Shown here piece after piece: positions 21,393-31,702 of a stretch of 64,000 nucleotides of DNA. Positions within the stretch are counted from its first letter, which is position 1; each line of letters opens with the position of its first letter. The position numbers were made by a program, and so were the translations under genes. Below the pieces are notes generated by a model. It worked only from the letters and a program-made list of their open reading frames with translations. It searched no databases and was not told the origin of the DNA. Origin of the DNA: an uncultured Methanosarcinales archaeon. GTDB lineage: Archaea > Nanobdellota > Nanobdellia > Woesearchaeales > CAYVYK01. The stretch lies in NCBI GenBank assembly GCA_964455675.1, contig CAYVYK010000011.1:1-64000 (forward strand), read 5' to 3'.

Positions 21393-22120
21393 GTGAGATC
21401 CCGACGCTGACGCTGATACCATCTCAGGATGTAGTACCGATACCACACAGCACACGTGTCCACAAACATATTCCAGACGGCATTTGAGTCAACACTACTC
21501 ATGGAATTTTGCTTATGTATGGTCACTGGTGCCTCAACTATCCTAAACCCATGCTTATGCGCAAGAAAACATAATTCCAAATCAAATGCATACCTCTTCA
21601 CCAGAATGTATGGCATAATGACCTCGAGAACATCTCGTTTAAAAATCTTTAAACCGGTTTGCGTATCATGGATCCTGAGCCCAAAAAAAATGCGCACGAA
21701 TAGAGAATAAGCCCTTGAAAGAATACGTCTGATAAAAGGGTATTCCAAATGTGAGAACGGATGCCGCTTATTACCAATAACGATATCAGCCGCGGATAGA
21801 TAAGGGTAGAATCTTCTCAACTCTGAAGCATCGATATCACCATCAGAATCCATGAACGTAACAAGATCGCCCGTTGATTTCCCAAAACCATACTTCAGCG
21901 CATACCCCTTTCCCCGATTCAGTTTGTACCCATGGACAACGATGCCGGTAACCTTGCGCACCTCCTCAATGATGTTATCATCATTACCATCCACAACCAC
22001 AATGATCTCGTTGTTCGGAAAGGACGCGCGAATCTTATCACGAATCCGTATCAGATTATCCTTTATGGAGGAACGCTGATGATACACCGGAATAATAACG
22101 GAAAGTTTCCTCTGAAGCAT
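21389..22120 (-). CDS. GT2, dolichol-phosphate glycosyltransferase-like
   Basis: NRGKGYAL, MDSDG, DTQTGLK, FDLEL. Confidence 0.88.
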   Translation of the reverse strand: MLQRKLSVIIPVYHQRSSIKDNLIRIRDKIRASFPNNEIIVVVDGNDDNIIEEVRKVTGIVVHGYKLNRGKGYALKYGFGKSTGDLVTFMDSDGDIDASELRRFYPYLSAADIVIGNKRHPFSHLEYPFIRRILSRAYSLFVRIFFGLRIHDTQTGLKIFKRDVLEVIMPYILVKRYAFDLELCFLAHKHGFRIVEAPVTIHKQNSMSSVDSNAVWNMFVDTCAVWYRYYILRWYQRQRRDLT

Positions 22121-22185
22121 GACATCCCCTACCGAGGTAGTCGCCCGGAGACTTTTAAACTCTTCGCAATGAGACAATCTAAGTT

Positions 22186-23448
22186 CTAGACTACCAGATC
22201 CCGACGTGTCAAGATCATCAAGCCGCCGAATAGAAGCACGTTTGTCACAAGCATGATCTGGACGACACCCGCAAGGCTTGAATGATACGCTACCACCGCA
22301 AGCACCTCAAAGATGAGCATCGCGGCAAGAAGCAGTATAAAAGAATACCTTTCACGAGCAAGGTTGTACACAACTAACAGATGGCTGAGGGAATAGAGCC
22401 CCAAGGAGATACCAAAAATTCCAATCCACCCGGCAATGACAAGATACTCACGCCCGTATAAAAGCGAAACGACAAGCTCAGGGACGAGGAAGTACACAAT
22501 ACAGCCTGAACAAACCAGTACTGCGGTATATGCTAGCACCTTCCTCAGCACGTGATTTGGCAGTTTCCCTTCGGCAATAATGGATATCACCTTCGGGAAC
22601 AGCACACCGCTCAAGAAACTGGAACCAAACCAGATAATCTTCGCAATCATGCCAGCTGCGGCGTAATACCCCGCGTCAGCATTCGAGAAGTAATGCTTCA
22701 CGAGGACCAGATCCACGGTCACAATGAGCGTCAGCAAGAGTGATGAGCAAAATACGGGAAGGGCAAATACATACATCCTTTTGGTTGGATACTTCTTTTG
22801 GCTATGATGCGTCAGGAATGACCACAACGGGACAATGCCAAAGGGGATACTTAGAACCAAACCAATGAGGATTGCCACAAGAGCCCCCATATACCCAAAG
22901 CCAAGATACACGAGGAGAACAGCCAGAAGAAGCTTAATAATGATAGCACTCGACCCAAGAATGTTCTGCAGGACAAAGCGCTGCAAACCATTCAGGGCAC
23001 CCCCGAGAGTAGAGGCAATAAGGGATACAAACGCAACAATACCCACAATGATCACACCCGCAACTTCAACATGCATAAACTTTGCGAGAAGTGGTGATAG
23101 GAGGCAGTATAGGAGTAATCCAAGTCCCCCAAAGATGATGATCCGTGAAAGAGCGTGGACAAGGAGGAACTTCAGGTGCGGATAATCCTTTCTGCCATGA
23201 AGCTCAGACGTAAATTTTGAGACGACCAGACCGATCGTTGTTGACGAGAGCAGAACAATATACACGATCGCGAAAAGGCTGCCTAAGATACCATACTCTT
23301 CAGGACCGAGCATCCGACCCATCGAGAGGTGATATATATAATTGAAGGCAGCTGTCACGACCGAAGCCACAAGAAAAATAAGTCCACTCTTCACGATGTC
23401 ATCGCGAAAAAAGAGATTCAGTGCATTAGACAACTTCTTTGTTGACAT
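22186..23448 (-). CDS. oligosaccharide flippase (Wzx/MOP family)
   Basis: About 12 TM; RMLGPEEYG, DLVLVKHYF...AGYYAAA. Confidence 0.88.
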   Translation of the reverse strand: MSTKKLSNALNLFFRDDIVKSGLIFLVASVVTAAFNYIYHLSMGRMLGPEEYGILGSLFAIVYIVLLSSTTIGLVVSKFTSELHGRKDYPHLKFLLVHALSRIIIFGGLGLLLYCLLSPLLAKFMHVEVAGVIIVGIVAFVSLIASTLGGALNGLQRFVLQNILGSSAIIIKLLLAVLLVYLGFGYMGALVAILIGLVLSIPFGIVPLWSFLTHHSQKKYPTKRMYVFALPVFCSSLLLTLIVTVDLVLVKHYFSNADAGYYAAAGMIAKIIWFGSSFLSGVLFPKVISIIAEGKLPNHVLRKVLAYTAVLVCSGCIVYFLVPELVVSLLYGREYLVIAGWIGIFGISLGLYSLSHLLVVYNLARERYSFILLLAAMLIFEVLAVVAYHSSLAGVVQIMLVTNVLLFGGLMILTRRDLVV

Positions 23449-23608
23449 GGAGAGTATTCACGAAGTCCCGGGGTTCTATTAAAGGTTTCCCGTGGATTGT
23501 TGGATTCACTTACGTAAATGCTCTCATATGATCTCGAAGCATAACACCTACAACACAGTATATTTGGGGCTTAGACCTCATTTTAAGTTACAACAAAAAA
23601 AAGAAGGA

Positions 23609-25045
23609 TCAATAGTGGCTCTTCCTTAATCCTTTCATGTACGCATACGCGCCAGCAATAATGAGGACCACGAGCACCACAATGATTGGCCAAGTCGGAG
23701 TTCTTCCTTTTGTCGGAGTAGTCGGTTCAACAGCACGCCCTGTGGTATCCTGTAATCCTTTCTTTGGAGTTGGGGTTGGCGTCGGCACAACTTTTTTCGT
23801 CAGAACAGGAATCGTATCTGATGTAACGGAAGTAAGCTTACTCTGCACAACATAGGAAGTCTCGAGTACCTGTCCTTGATAGACGTTGTTGAACGACCAT
23901 TTCACAATGGGGTCTGCCTGCAAAATTTCAGGCATGCCATCAGGGAATAGGAGTTGCGAAACGTCCTGTGCAACGCTCTTTGGAATCACTTCTACGATGT
24001 CAACGGATCCTGCCTCTGTTGCAACCGTCTGAATCCGGATAACCGATCGATAAACTGACTGCCCTGTTGCGGGATTCTTTACCTCATAGACATTCAGCGT
24101 GGTCTGAACGTTCAACAGGGATCCACTGCCACTACTTGCCACGTTCTGCAATTGCTGCAACAACTGCTGAGCAGCACCAGATGCAGATGCAATGGCGCTC
24201 GCGAGATCTGCGGTCGAAATCTCCGATGCGACAGACGTCTGAGCACCAACCTGAGTGACCTGGCTATATCCAGAAGGCGCGCCAAGATCAGTAGCAGAAG
24301 GCAATGTCGCAGCCGCCGGGGTAGAGGGGAATGAAAGCGCAGTTCCTGATGAACTGCTGCCACCACTGCTACCGCCGCCGGAGTCGCCGCCGCCACCCTG
24401 GGTGACCTTCGCAACAGTTATAGTATCATAATTGCCACCGTACGTCTCATATCTCACATTTGTGACACCATCGGTCACATATGCACTGAGGCTAACTGTG
24501 TATTCCGTGTTTGCAGTAACATCTGGCAAAGTCCATGATACCGAATACACCATCTCAGCAGTCGTCTTTAACGTCGTATTAAACGTATCATATCCATACC
24601 CCGGATTGTATGCATATCCATGACCCAGGGAAGCGTTGTAATCTGTGGTATTTGTTGTATACAACCCCTGGCTGAAATGATAACCATAACCATACAGCGT
24701 ACCATTTGTATAATTTCTTACTCCAAGATTCGTACTCTCCACGGTCACAGTGATTCCCGAACAGGCGGATAACTCCGTACCGGCAAGACTGAATATACAG
24801 GACGCATTTGGCTGGCCAATAGTATTCGTCATATTCACCGTCAAGTTCACATTCTCCAAGAGGATGTCATTTGTGTGAAGATCTACCTTCGCCTTGAACG
24901 TTACGGCAGTCTGTTCATTCGCACCGCTTGTGAGATCAGTGATACCAACCGTAATAGCCTCTGCTGGACCAGAATACAACAAAATCCCGATAACAGCGAT
25001 AGTAAGAATTATTGTGATTAAAGGTCGTTTGTTTCTTGTCTTCAT
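23609..25045 (-). CDS. S-layer-like cell-surface glycoprotein
   Basis: Signal peptide, 8 N-x-S/T sequons, GYGY motifs, Gly/Ser and PT linkers, EVIPKSVA...DPIVKW domain, C-terminal TM. Confidence 0.7.
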   Translation of the reverse strand: MKTRNKRPLITIILTIAVIGILLYSGPAEAITVGITDLTSGANEQTAVTFKAKVDLHTNDILLENVNLTVNMTNTIGQPNASCIFSLAGTELSACSGITVTVESTNLGVRNYTNGTLYGYGYHFSQGLYTTNTTDYNASLGHGYAYNPGYGYDTFNTTLKTTAEMVYSVSWTLPDVTANTEYTVSLSAYVTDGVTNVRYETYGGNYDTITVAKVTQGGGGDSGGGSSGGSSSSGTALSFPSTPAAATLPSATDLGAPSGYSQVTQVGAQTSVASEISTADLASAIASASGAAQQLLQQLQNVASSGSGSLLNVQTTLNVYEVKNPATGQSVYRSVIRIQTVATEAGSVDIVEVIPKSVAQDVSQLLFPDGMPEILQADPIVKWSFNNVYQGQVLETSYVVQSKLTSVTSDTIPVLTKKVVPTPTPTPKKGLQDTTGRAVEPTTPTKGRTPTWPIIVVLVVLIIAGAYAYMKGLRKSHY

Positions 25046-25188
25046 AGTTTAACCTCGAGACCAGCCAACACAGAAAATTGTTCTATATAAGCTTTTCTAC
25101 TGTCGTCCTCGATATTTTATCGGACGGGGGTATATCGCCATTTTGCAGCGGCAAACATATAAAAAGCCCCAACTGTTCCCTGGAAGGG

Positions 25189-25659
25189 ATGGCAAACGAA
25201 ACAGTACGGAAAGCATACGAACCGCTCGCGGGCAAGTACAAGCTCCCAGCATATGATGAGATCAATAGAGTATTTGAGATCGAAACCATTGAGGAAACAG
25301 GATTTCTCCTACGGCACATCCTCCAGCAGATGTACGAAACACTCGAACGATACACCAAAATCCTTGAGGACGTGCTCCAACCAGATAGCAACCTTGCGGG
25401 ACTCGTGGAATCGGGAGCCTTGAGCGAAGAGCACAAGCGCAAACTCTACAAAGTCTTCCGCGCAATCATGTACCTTAACAGAAAAGCGATCGCAACCGCA
25501 GCTTCAAGTTCCGAAGAAGAGGAAGCAACAACGATCAAACTTATCATGCAATCATGGCAAAACATCGCTCCCGAGCTTGTTGAAACGGGAACACTGCTTG
25601 CCGATGCATGGAAAAAAGAAGACAAACAAAAACCAGAAGTACAGGGGTATCTCGGATGA
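25189..25659 (+). CDS. conserved hypothetical helical protein
   Basis: ORF from MANE with TATAAAAA about 25 nt upstream; stop overlaps adk start. Confidence 0.7.
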   Translation: MANETVRKAYEPLAGKYKLPAYDEINRVFEIETIEETGFLLRHILQQMYETLERYTKILEDVLQPDSNLAGLVESGALSEEHKRKLYKVFRAIMYLNRKAIATAASSSEEEEATTIKLIMQSWQNIAPELVETGTLLADAWKKEDKQKPEVQGYLG

Positions 25660-26294
25660 TGCGACTCATATTCTTAGGACCGCCAGGAGCGGGCAAAGGA
25701 ACCGTAGCAAAGAAAGTCATGACAGCGTACCACATTCCGCAGATCAGCACCGGGGACCTGTTCCGCGCAGAAATGAAAGCAGAAACACCACTCGGAAAAC
25801 AGGCAAAGACGTTCATCGACCAAGGAAAACTTGTGCCTGACACGATTACGGTAGGCATGATCCAGGAACGACTCAAACAAAAAGATGTCAAAGAGGGATT
25901 CATCCTCGACGGATTCCCGCGAAGCATCCCGCAAGCAGAAAGCCTAGAACAAGCGAAGATCACCGTTGACGCCGTGCTCCTCTTTGATGTACCTGACAGC
26001 GCGGTCGTTGAGCGCATCTGCGGCAGGCGGAACTGCGAAAAATGCGGCGCGATCTACCACGTGAAGTATATCCCGACAAAGAAAAACGGCATATGCGATG
26101 CGTGCGGCGGCAAGCTCATCCAGCGCAAGGACGACACGGAAGAAGTCGTGCGAAAAAGACTTGACACGTACCATTCACAGACGGCACCGCTCATCCAGTA
26201 TTATTCAAAGAAGAAAAAATTGAAGCGGATCGATGCAAGCAAGCTTCCGGATGATGTGGCAAAAGAGTCGATGCTACTCCTTAAGAACCTTTGA
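25656..26294 (+). CDS. adk: adenylate kinase (zinc-lid type)
   Basis: GPPGAGKGT, ISTGDLFR, LDGFPR, CxxC...CxxC lid, RKDD. Confidence 0.95.
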   Translation: MMRLIFLGPPGAGKGTVAKKVMTAYHIPQISTGDLFRAEMKAETPLGKQAKTFIDQGKLVPDTITVGMIQERLKQKDVKEGFILDGFPRSIPQAESLEQAKITVDAVLLFDVPDSAVVERICGRRNCEKCGAIYHVKYIPTKKNGICDACGGKLIQRKDDTEEVVRKRLDTYHSQTAPLIQYYSKKKKLKRIDASKLPDDVAKESMLLLKNL

Positions 26295-27266
26295 GGGTTT
26301 GAACTCATCAACAGGCTCACTCACGAGATAGCGAACGGCAACCGTTGCGTAGGAGCCCTTGCCAAGGATAAAATGCAGAACCGCTTTCCTTTTCCCAGGA
26401 TGAAGTTCATCATCGCTTATTTCTGAAGAGAAATCCGATACAACCGCTTGCACAGGCCGCTCCACGCCCTCAAGAGAGATTTCAGGAAAATTCCGCAGGA
26501 TGAAGTCACGCTCCTGCACCTCGTGACGACGTAAAATTCTCGCGATTACCTCCGCCGCATGCGCCGGATATGACGTATTAAACCCAGGCAACGAAAGGGA
26601 GCCGTTTATACTGTCACGGAGCTCCTCTACAGCTTCATTCCACACCATGCTTTGAAACGCATGCACGTACATTTTCAACAGATGAGTTGGGAGCAACTTA
26701 AGCGCACCAATCTTGTTTTTTGGCTGACTATCAAGAAACTCGCGCATTACCCCAGCATAATCAGAAGACTCAAGCAAGAGCTCAACTGCCCTACTCCACT
26801 GCTGACGGAGAAGCAGCCCGCCAATCTCCACATTGTTCTTCGAGAACCGCTGCGGACCAAACAGATTTAGAAAATACTCGCATGGCGTGATCGCCGCAGA
26901 AGGATCAAGGTCGCGAACAATAATGGTGAACTCATTTGCGTCCAGATCGCCAAGATGAAGAGGTTTTTCATCGTAACCTGCAAACTTAAGCTGAATTCTT
27001 GGCAGGAAAAATTTTTCAAGTTCCCTTGCTGATACACCCTCAATAGAAAGAAGCTGGCACGTTATGGCACGGCGATCCTTGTAACCAGCGACGGAAATGC
27101 GCTTCTTTTGAATCTTCAGTTCTGAAGCGATTTCCTCCTCAGCGAGAAGAGTGGTAATGTTATCTTTCGTCATCCAAAAATACGCGAAATTCCCTTCATT
27201 CCTGAAGCTTCGACTCTGAATTTCGTTGACGACAAAATCCTCGGGTAAAAATTTTATGACCGCCAT
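26274..27266 (-). CDS. truD: tRNA pseudouridine(13) synthase
   Basis: PEDFVVNE, AGYKDRRAIT, NxFGPQRF, KGSYAT. Confidence 0.92.
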   Translation of the reverse strand: MAVIKFLPEDFVVNEIQSRSFRNEGNFAYFWMTKDNITTLLAEEEIASELKIQKKRISVAGYKDRRAITCQLLSIEGVSARELEKFFLPRIQLKFAGYDEKPLHLGDLDANEFTIIVRDLDPSAAITPCEYFLNLFGPQRFSKNNVEIGGLLLRQQWSRAVELLLESSDYAGVMREFLDSQPKNKIGALKLLPTHLLKMYVHAFQSMVWNEAVEELRDSINGSLSLPGFNTSYPAHAAEVIARILRRHEVQERDFILRNFPEISLEGVERPVQAVVSDFSSEISDDELHPGKRKAVLHFILGKGSYATVAVRYLVSEPVDEFKPSKVLKE

Positions 27267-27353
27267 CAGAAGAAACAAATACTTACAGACATTTATGTGT
27301 TTGCACTTACGGGAATGAATTTATAGAGGGGTTCAAGGATTATTACCATCCTT

Positions 27354-27397
27354 CGGCACGCCCTGTCCGTTCCACATCACAATCAATGGACAGGGCG
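27354..27397. repeat. dispersed palindromic element, copy B
   Basis: cggcac-gccctgtcc-19nt-ggacagggc. Confidence 0.8.
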
Positions 27398-27557
27398 ATT
27401 ATGACGGGGCGCACCGAACTGGCAGCAATCGCCAACACGCGATCAATTCCACAAGGAGCTGGGGGACTATCAGTCTGGAAGGCATTCATATTTTAAAGAA
27501 TATGAAACATGCCGTTTGATGGCGGTTGGCCTAACGTGTAAGGATTACGGTAATATA

Positions 27558-27565
27558 TTTATAAA
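27558..27565 (+). promoter_or_regulatory. archaeal TATA box for tRNA-Arg
   Basis: TTTATAAA about 27-34 nt upstream of the tRNA 5' end. Confidence 0.6.
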
Positions 27566-27591
27566 GAAATAAAAACTGAGGTGGTTATTGT

Positions 27592-27702
27592 GCGCCAGTA
27601 GCGCAGCCTGGATAGCGCGGCAGCCTTCTATCCGAAGCGGGGTCCTTTGGACAACGCCCGAAAGCAAGCTGTAGGTCGGGGGTTCAAATCCCCTCTGGCG
27701 CG
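27592..27702 (+). tRNA. tRNA-Arg(TCT) with 36-nt intron (27631-27666)
   Basis: Acceptor GCGCCAG/CTGGCGC, T-loop GGTTCAAATCC, anticodon TCT at 27627-27629, intron at position 37/38. Confidence 0.92.
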
Positions 27703-27734
27703 GTTTTATAAATTACTGAGCATTCTCAGAACCC

Positions 27735-28670
27735 ATGGACACGGTACCCGCACGACAACACGGATACACGATCTGCAGCGCAATCGTCGAAGACCGTGGA
27801 AAGATTATCCTCAAGCAGAAAGACGAAGGGCTCTCACTCCTTGGAGGATTTGTCGACTGGAGCCATGGATTTCCAGGATGCCTCGTCGAGCGTGTGCGGC
27901 AAGACCATGGCCTACAGATCACACCATGGCACATCAACGGAATCTACCAATACCACTCGGGAACGGGCCTGTGGTTTACGAATATCAACGTCTACGCAAG
28001 CCTCGACTATGAACCACGACGCAAGGGACTCTGCAAGATACCGCTTGACGACTTGCTCTCTGGACGGCATGATTTTCGCACACCAGACACTGTGCACGCG
28101 CTCGAGGACCTCTTCGTGGACGCCCGAGCAGATCTCTCATATGTGCACGTCACCGCACGAGGAGATGCCACGCGGGCGAATACCAATCCGCCTGCACCGG
28201 TGCCAACGCACAATGGATTTACAGTTGTCTCCGCAGTCATCCGAAGCAGCGACTCCAATTACCTTCTCATGCTTCCAGGACGCGGCATCGGAGCAGGACG
28301 CTGGAGCCTCATCGGCGGAAAACTCAAACCCGGAGAAGTACTCCTGCGGGGAATACGACGCGAAGAAATTGAAGAAACACAGGACGGCTATAACCCCACG
28401 GGAATCGTTGGCGTGTACGTCAACCAGATCGAGGATGGCAGCTGGCCAAATGTCCTTGCAGTGCACTGCGTTGGACACCACGAAGATATGCGCCCGCCGC
28501 GGGGGGATGAAGTCGAAGAACTTCGCTGGATACAGTACAACCTCATCTGCAAAATGAAGGATGACATGTTCCGAACCCGCGACACCCGCCTTGCGATCAT
28601 GAACGCAGAAAGCCTCTGCAATCAGCGACGCCTCATGCCGCTCTCATTCGTGCGGGATATCAGGCCTTAA
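27735..28670 (+). CDS. tandem Nudix-domain hydrolase
   Basis: Second domain GGKLKPGEVLLRGIRREEIEET (Nudix box); first domain homologous but degenerate. Confidence 0.75.
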   Translation: MDTVPARQHGYTICSAIVEDRGKIILKQKDEGLSLLGGFVDWSHGFPGCLVERVRQDHGLQITPWHINGIYQYHSGTGLWFTNINVYASLDYEPRRKGLCKIPLDDLLSGRHDFRTPDTVHALEDLFVDARADLSYVHVTARGDATRANTNPPAPVPTHNGFTVVSAVIRSSDSNYLLMLPGRGIGAGRWSLIGGKLKPGEVLLRGIRREEIEETQDGYNPTGIVGVYVNQIEDGSWPNVLAVHCVGHHEDMRPPRGDEVEELRWIQYNLICKMKDDMFRTRDTRLAIMNAESLCNQRRLMPLSFVRDIRP

Positions 28671-28672
28671 GA

Positions 28673-29755
28673 TTACGGCAGCCACGACTTCTTATCAGCA
28701 AGCTTCTTCGGGAGATAATCTGTGATCACATAATTCAAACCCCACTGCGCAAGCGCCTGCTGCTCGGCACGAACCTTCATCTTGACCATCTGGTCAATGG
28801 CCTTCTGCCACTCCTTGTGATGCTTGACAAACGGATCATTCTTTGCCGCGTCCCTTGCGCGCTTGATGTCAACTTCCTTTAGTGGATGCGTGGGAAGCTT
28901 GAAGTCAATGATGTCTTGCGGAGTTACGCCAAGATAGATTGCATTCGGAACACAGAAGTACTGATTGATATGGGCAGCATTACCCGAGCCGACCTTGAGC
29001 GTACGATAAATGTTGAAGTACCCATACGGATCTCCGTCTGTGAAGACATACACGGGAAGCTTCTTGTCATCGCTCAACCTGCGGATGAACCTACGGCATG
29101 ACCTTGTTGGAACCCCACCCATGCTGATCAGGATGCAATTGGACTTCTTCCAGTAATTATGCTTGACGAGGCGCTGAAACATACCAGCAGTCTCAATCGC
29201 GAGGATGAACTTCGCCTTCGTCTCAAATTTCAGTCCCTCAACACTGCTTGGAATGGAATACGCGCCGGAACCCATCTTCGTGCAGTCAATCTTCACTTCC
29301 TTCCCAGAATCAGGATCCTTGTCGATGACGATGAGCTCTCCTGCAATCTCGCCACCCTTCTCTTCGGGAATGAAGCCGATCTGCTCGCGATTCACGCGAA
29401 GCATGGCCTCAATGTCATCCATCACCGTATCAGATTCTGGCTGATCATGGAACCTAGCCGCGCCCCAGTTCTTGCTGACATAATAGGCTTCTCTCTTTGT
29501 CGCAATATCATCAGTCTTGACAAGCTCTTTTGACAACGCCATCATTCGGAGGGTCTGCGCAAAACTTTTTACGGAAGAAGCGGTAAGCGTCCGGATCTTC
29601 TCCTTACCCACAAGATCAAAAAAACCATCCTTAGGATCATACTTCACATTCGCGAGCGCGCGCAAGGGGAACGAGAGCTTTGGCTGGTTCTTCTTCTTAA
29701 TCGAATTGTACACGTCCTCAGCAATTTCCTGAATTTTCTTGATCACATCAACCAT
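28673..29755 (-). CDS. top6A: DNA topoisomerase VI subunit A
   Basis: TKREAYY catalytic Tyr region; TOPRIM motifs IETAG and DGDPYG. Confidence 0.95.
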   Translation of the reverse strand: MVDVIKKIQEIAEDVYNSIKKKNQPKLSFPLRALANVKYDPKDGFFDLVGKEKIRTLTASSVKSFAQTLRMMALSKELVKTDDIATKREAYYVSKNWGAARFHDQPESDTVMDDIEAMLRVNREQIGFIPEEKGGEIAGELIVIDKDPDSGKEVKIDCTKMGSGAYSIPSSVEGLKFETKAKFILAIETAGMFQRLVKHNYWKKSNCILISMGGVPTRSCRRFIRRLSDDKKLPVYVFTDGDPYGYFNIYRTLKVGSGNAAHINQYFCVPNAIYLGVTPQDIIDFKLPTHPLKEVDIKRARDAAKNDPFVKHHKEWQKAIDQMVKMKVRAEQQALAQWGLNYVITDYLPKKLADKKSWLP

Positions 29756-29757
29756 TG

Positions 29758-31485
29758 TTACTCATCCGTCTCCTCGTCATTTTTCGATTTTTTCTTCGGC
29801 TTCTCGTCAGATTGCTCGTCATCATCCCACTCCGTATCCTCAGATGAGCCGCCACGCTTTGCAAATTCCTCATCGTACTCCACATTCCTTGAAGGATCAA
29901 ACTCAATGTCCTCAAGCTCGCCGCGCTGGTGCTCAAGGATGTCCGCAAGGAGAACATTTGACTCGTCAATCTCGGCTTTCTTGAGCTGCAAGAGCTCGCC
30001 AAGCGCCTCCGAAACATGAGGGATAAATGTAGAGATGTAATCACGTTTCTTGGACTCGGTGTGGATACGCTTCTTCTTGAGAACATAGGACGCGAGCTTC
30101 CGTCCTACTTCCTGCAGAGCGAGACGCACCTCCTTGAGTATCTCAGGATAATGCGCAACAGCTTCCTTACTCTCTGACGTGAATGGAACCCAGACAGAGG
30201 AAATATGCACCATAACTGTCAAAGGCCCTGATGGAATAGAACCCTTACTCTGATTCATCCCGTACGTACGCCATTGCGTCGCAATAATCGCTTTCGTAAA
30301 CGCGCATGCACCCCCCTGGAATAGCAGGGGAACACGATTGGCAAACCTCAGAACGCGCACTTGCTCTTCTGCAGGTTGCTGCCCGCCGTATGCGATACCG
30401 ATCTCGATCGCAAAAGGATTTCCGCGGTATACCGACGGAGGACGTGATACTGCAGCGAAGAATTCCGCATTGATCTCGCGACGCAGGCCCTTCTCAATCG
30501 CCTCCTCGCCAATTGGGGAAATGCAGTCAGTTGGAGGAGCCATAATCTTTGTTTCCTGAATCGCATGCCAGATTCTGTCAGCGGTCTCACGAGAAATATC
30601 CTCAGGCTTCGTGTTTGGAGCGATCGCGGCTTTCTCACAAATCTCCTTTGCCACGGCAGAACTCACACGACAAAACTCGTTTGTCAGGAATGCCTGCAGC
30701 GTTCGGTTCTCTGACAACCCAAGAAACTTGATCAGCATTCCAAGCTCAATACCGTACGGATGAGGCTTGATCTCTTTTGGAATTGGCGGCAGAGTCTCCA
30801 CGGCTCTTGCGAACACAAACTGCTCTGCCTTTGGATTTGTGTACACAATCGTCGCGTGAGGATTTGCAATGGACGTCTGCTTCAAATACTCATCAATCGA
30901 CTGGCTACCCTGCTGGTAGGACGCCTCAAGCTCAAGCTCAACCTTCGTACCATGCTCCTTCTTCCACTCAAACTCACTCTCATTCAAAATATCAGGACGG
31001 TTATGCTGCGTGTCAAGAAATAATTCGTAATAATGAGCAGGCTTTTTCGGGTCGATCTTTGAAGTGATCTTCGCAGGCTTACCAGTCGTCAATTGCGCGT
31101 ACATCACCGCTGCAGAAATACCAATACCCTGCTGGCCGCGCGTCTGGGAGAGCTTGAAAAACTTCGAACCATAGAGGAGCTTTGCGAACACCTTCGGGAC
31201 CTGCTGCTTCACAATACCGGGACCATTATCCTCGATGACAACACGGAAACGATCATTCCCCATGTCAACTACTTCCACATACACCTCAGGAAGGATACCT
31301 GACTCGTCACACGCGTCAAGCGAGTTATCAACAGCTTCCTTGATTACAGTCATCAAGGCTTTACGTTTGTTATCAAACCCAAGCAGGTGGCGGTTCTTCT
31401 CGAAAAACTGCGAAATAGAAATCTCCTGCTGGCGCTTGGCCAGATCCTCGGCCTTAACCTTTGGCTGCAATGTTTCCTGCCCCAT
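29758..31485 (-). CDS. top6B: DNA topoisomerase VI subunit B
   Basis: KEAVDNSLDA, EDNGPG, RGQQGIG, RFANRVPL, PFTSESKE. Confidence 0.96.
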   Translation of the reverse strand: MGQETLQPKVKAEDLAKRQQEISISQFFEKNRHLLGFDNKRKALMTVIKEAVDNSLDACDESGILPEVYVEVVDMGNDRFRVVIEDNGPGIVKQQVPKVFAKLLYGSKFFKLSQTRGQQGIGISAAVMYAQLTTGKPAKITSKIDPKKPAHYYELFLDTQHNRPDILNESEFEWKKEHGTKVELELEASYQQGSQSIDEYLKQTSIANPHATIVYTNPKAEQFVFARAVETLPPIPKEIKPHPYGIELGMLIKFLGLSENRTLQAFLTNEFCRVSSAVAKEICEKAAIAPNTKPEDISRETADRIWHAIQETKIMAPPTDCISPIGEEAIEKGLRREINAEFFAAVSRPPSVYRGNPFAIEIGIAYGGQQPAEEQVRVLRFANRVPLLFQGGACAFTKAIIATQWRTYGMNQSKGSIPSGPLTVMVHISSVWVPFTSESKEAVAHYPEILKEVRLALQEVGRKLASYVLKKKRIHTESKKRDYISTFIPHVSEALGELLQLKKAEIDESNVLLADILEHQRGELEDIEFDPSRNVEYDEEFAKRGGSSEDTEWDDDEQSDEKPKKKSKNDEETDE

Positions 31486-31620
31486 GCAAAAATGTCACTC
31501 TGCAACTTGTTTATATCGTTTTGGGTAAGCGAGATTAATAATGGTTCTGATTGTTGGAATGAATTCAGATTCTTTACACTCACTCTTAGAACTCAAATGT
31601 ATGATATAAAAAAAATATTT

Positions 31621-31668
31621 CGGCCTGACGGCGAGCCCTTTTCCTGAACACCCTTCTCGGAAAAGGGT
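31621..31668. repeat. dispersed palindromic element, diverged copy D
   Basis: cggcctgacggc (shared with copy C) followed by gcccttttcc-14nt-ggaaaagggt. Confidence 0.5.
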
Positions 31669-31702
31669 GTGCAGAGGCTTTTTTCGCGGCAGAGGCAGTT
31701 CA

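Noticed and set aside
27592..28670. Integrated element at tRNA-Arg
   Set aside because: No duplicated tRNA 3' end and no integrase found
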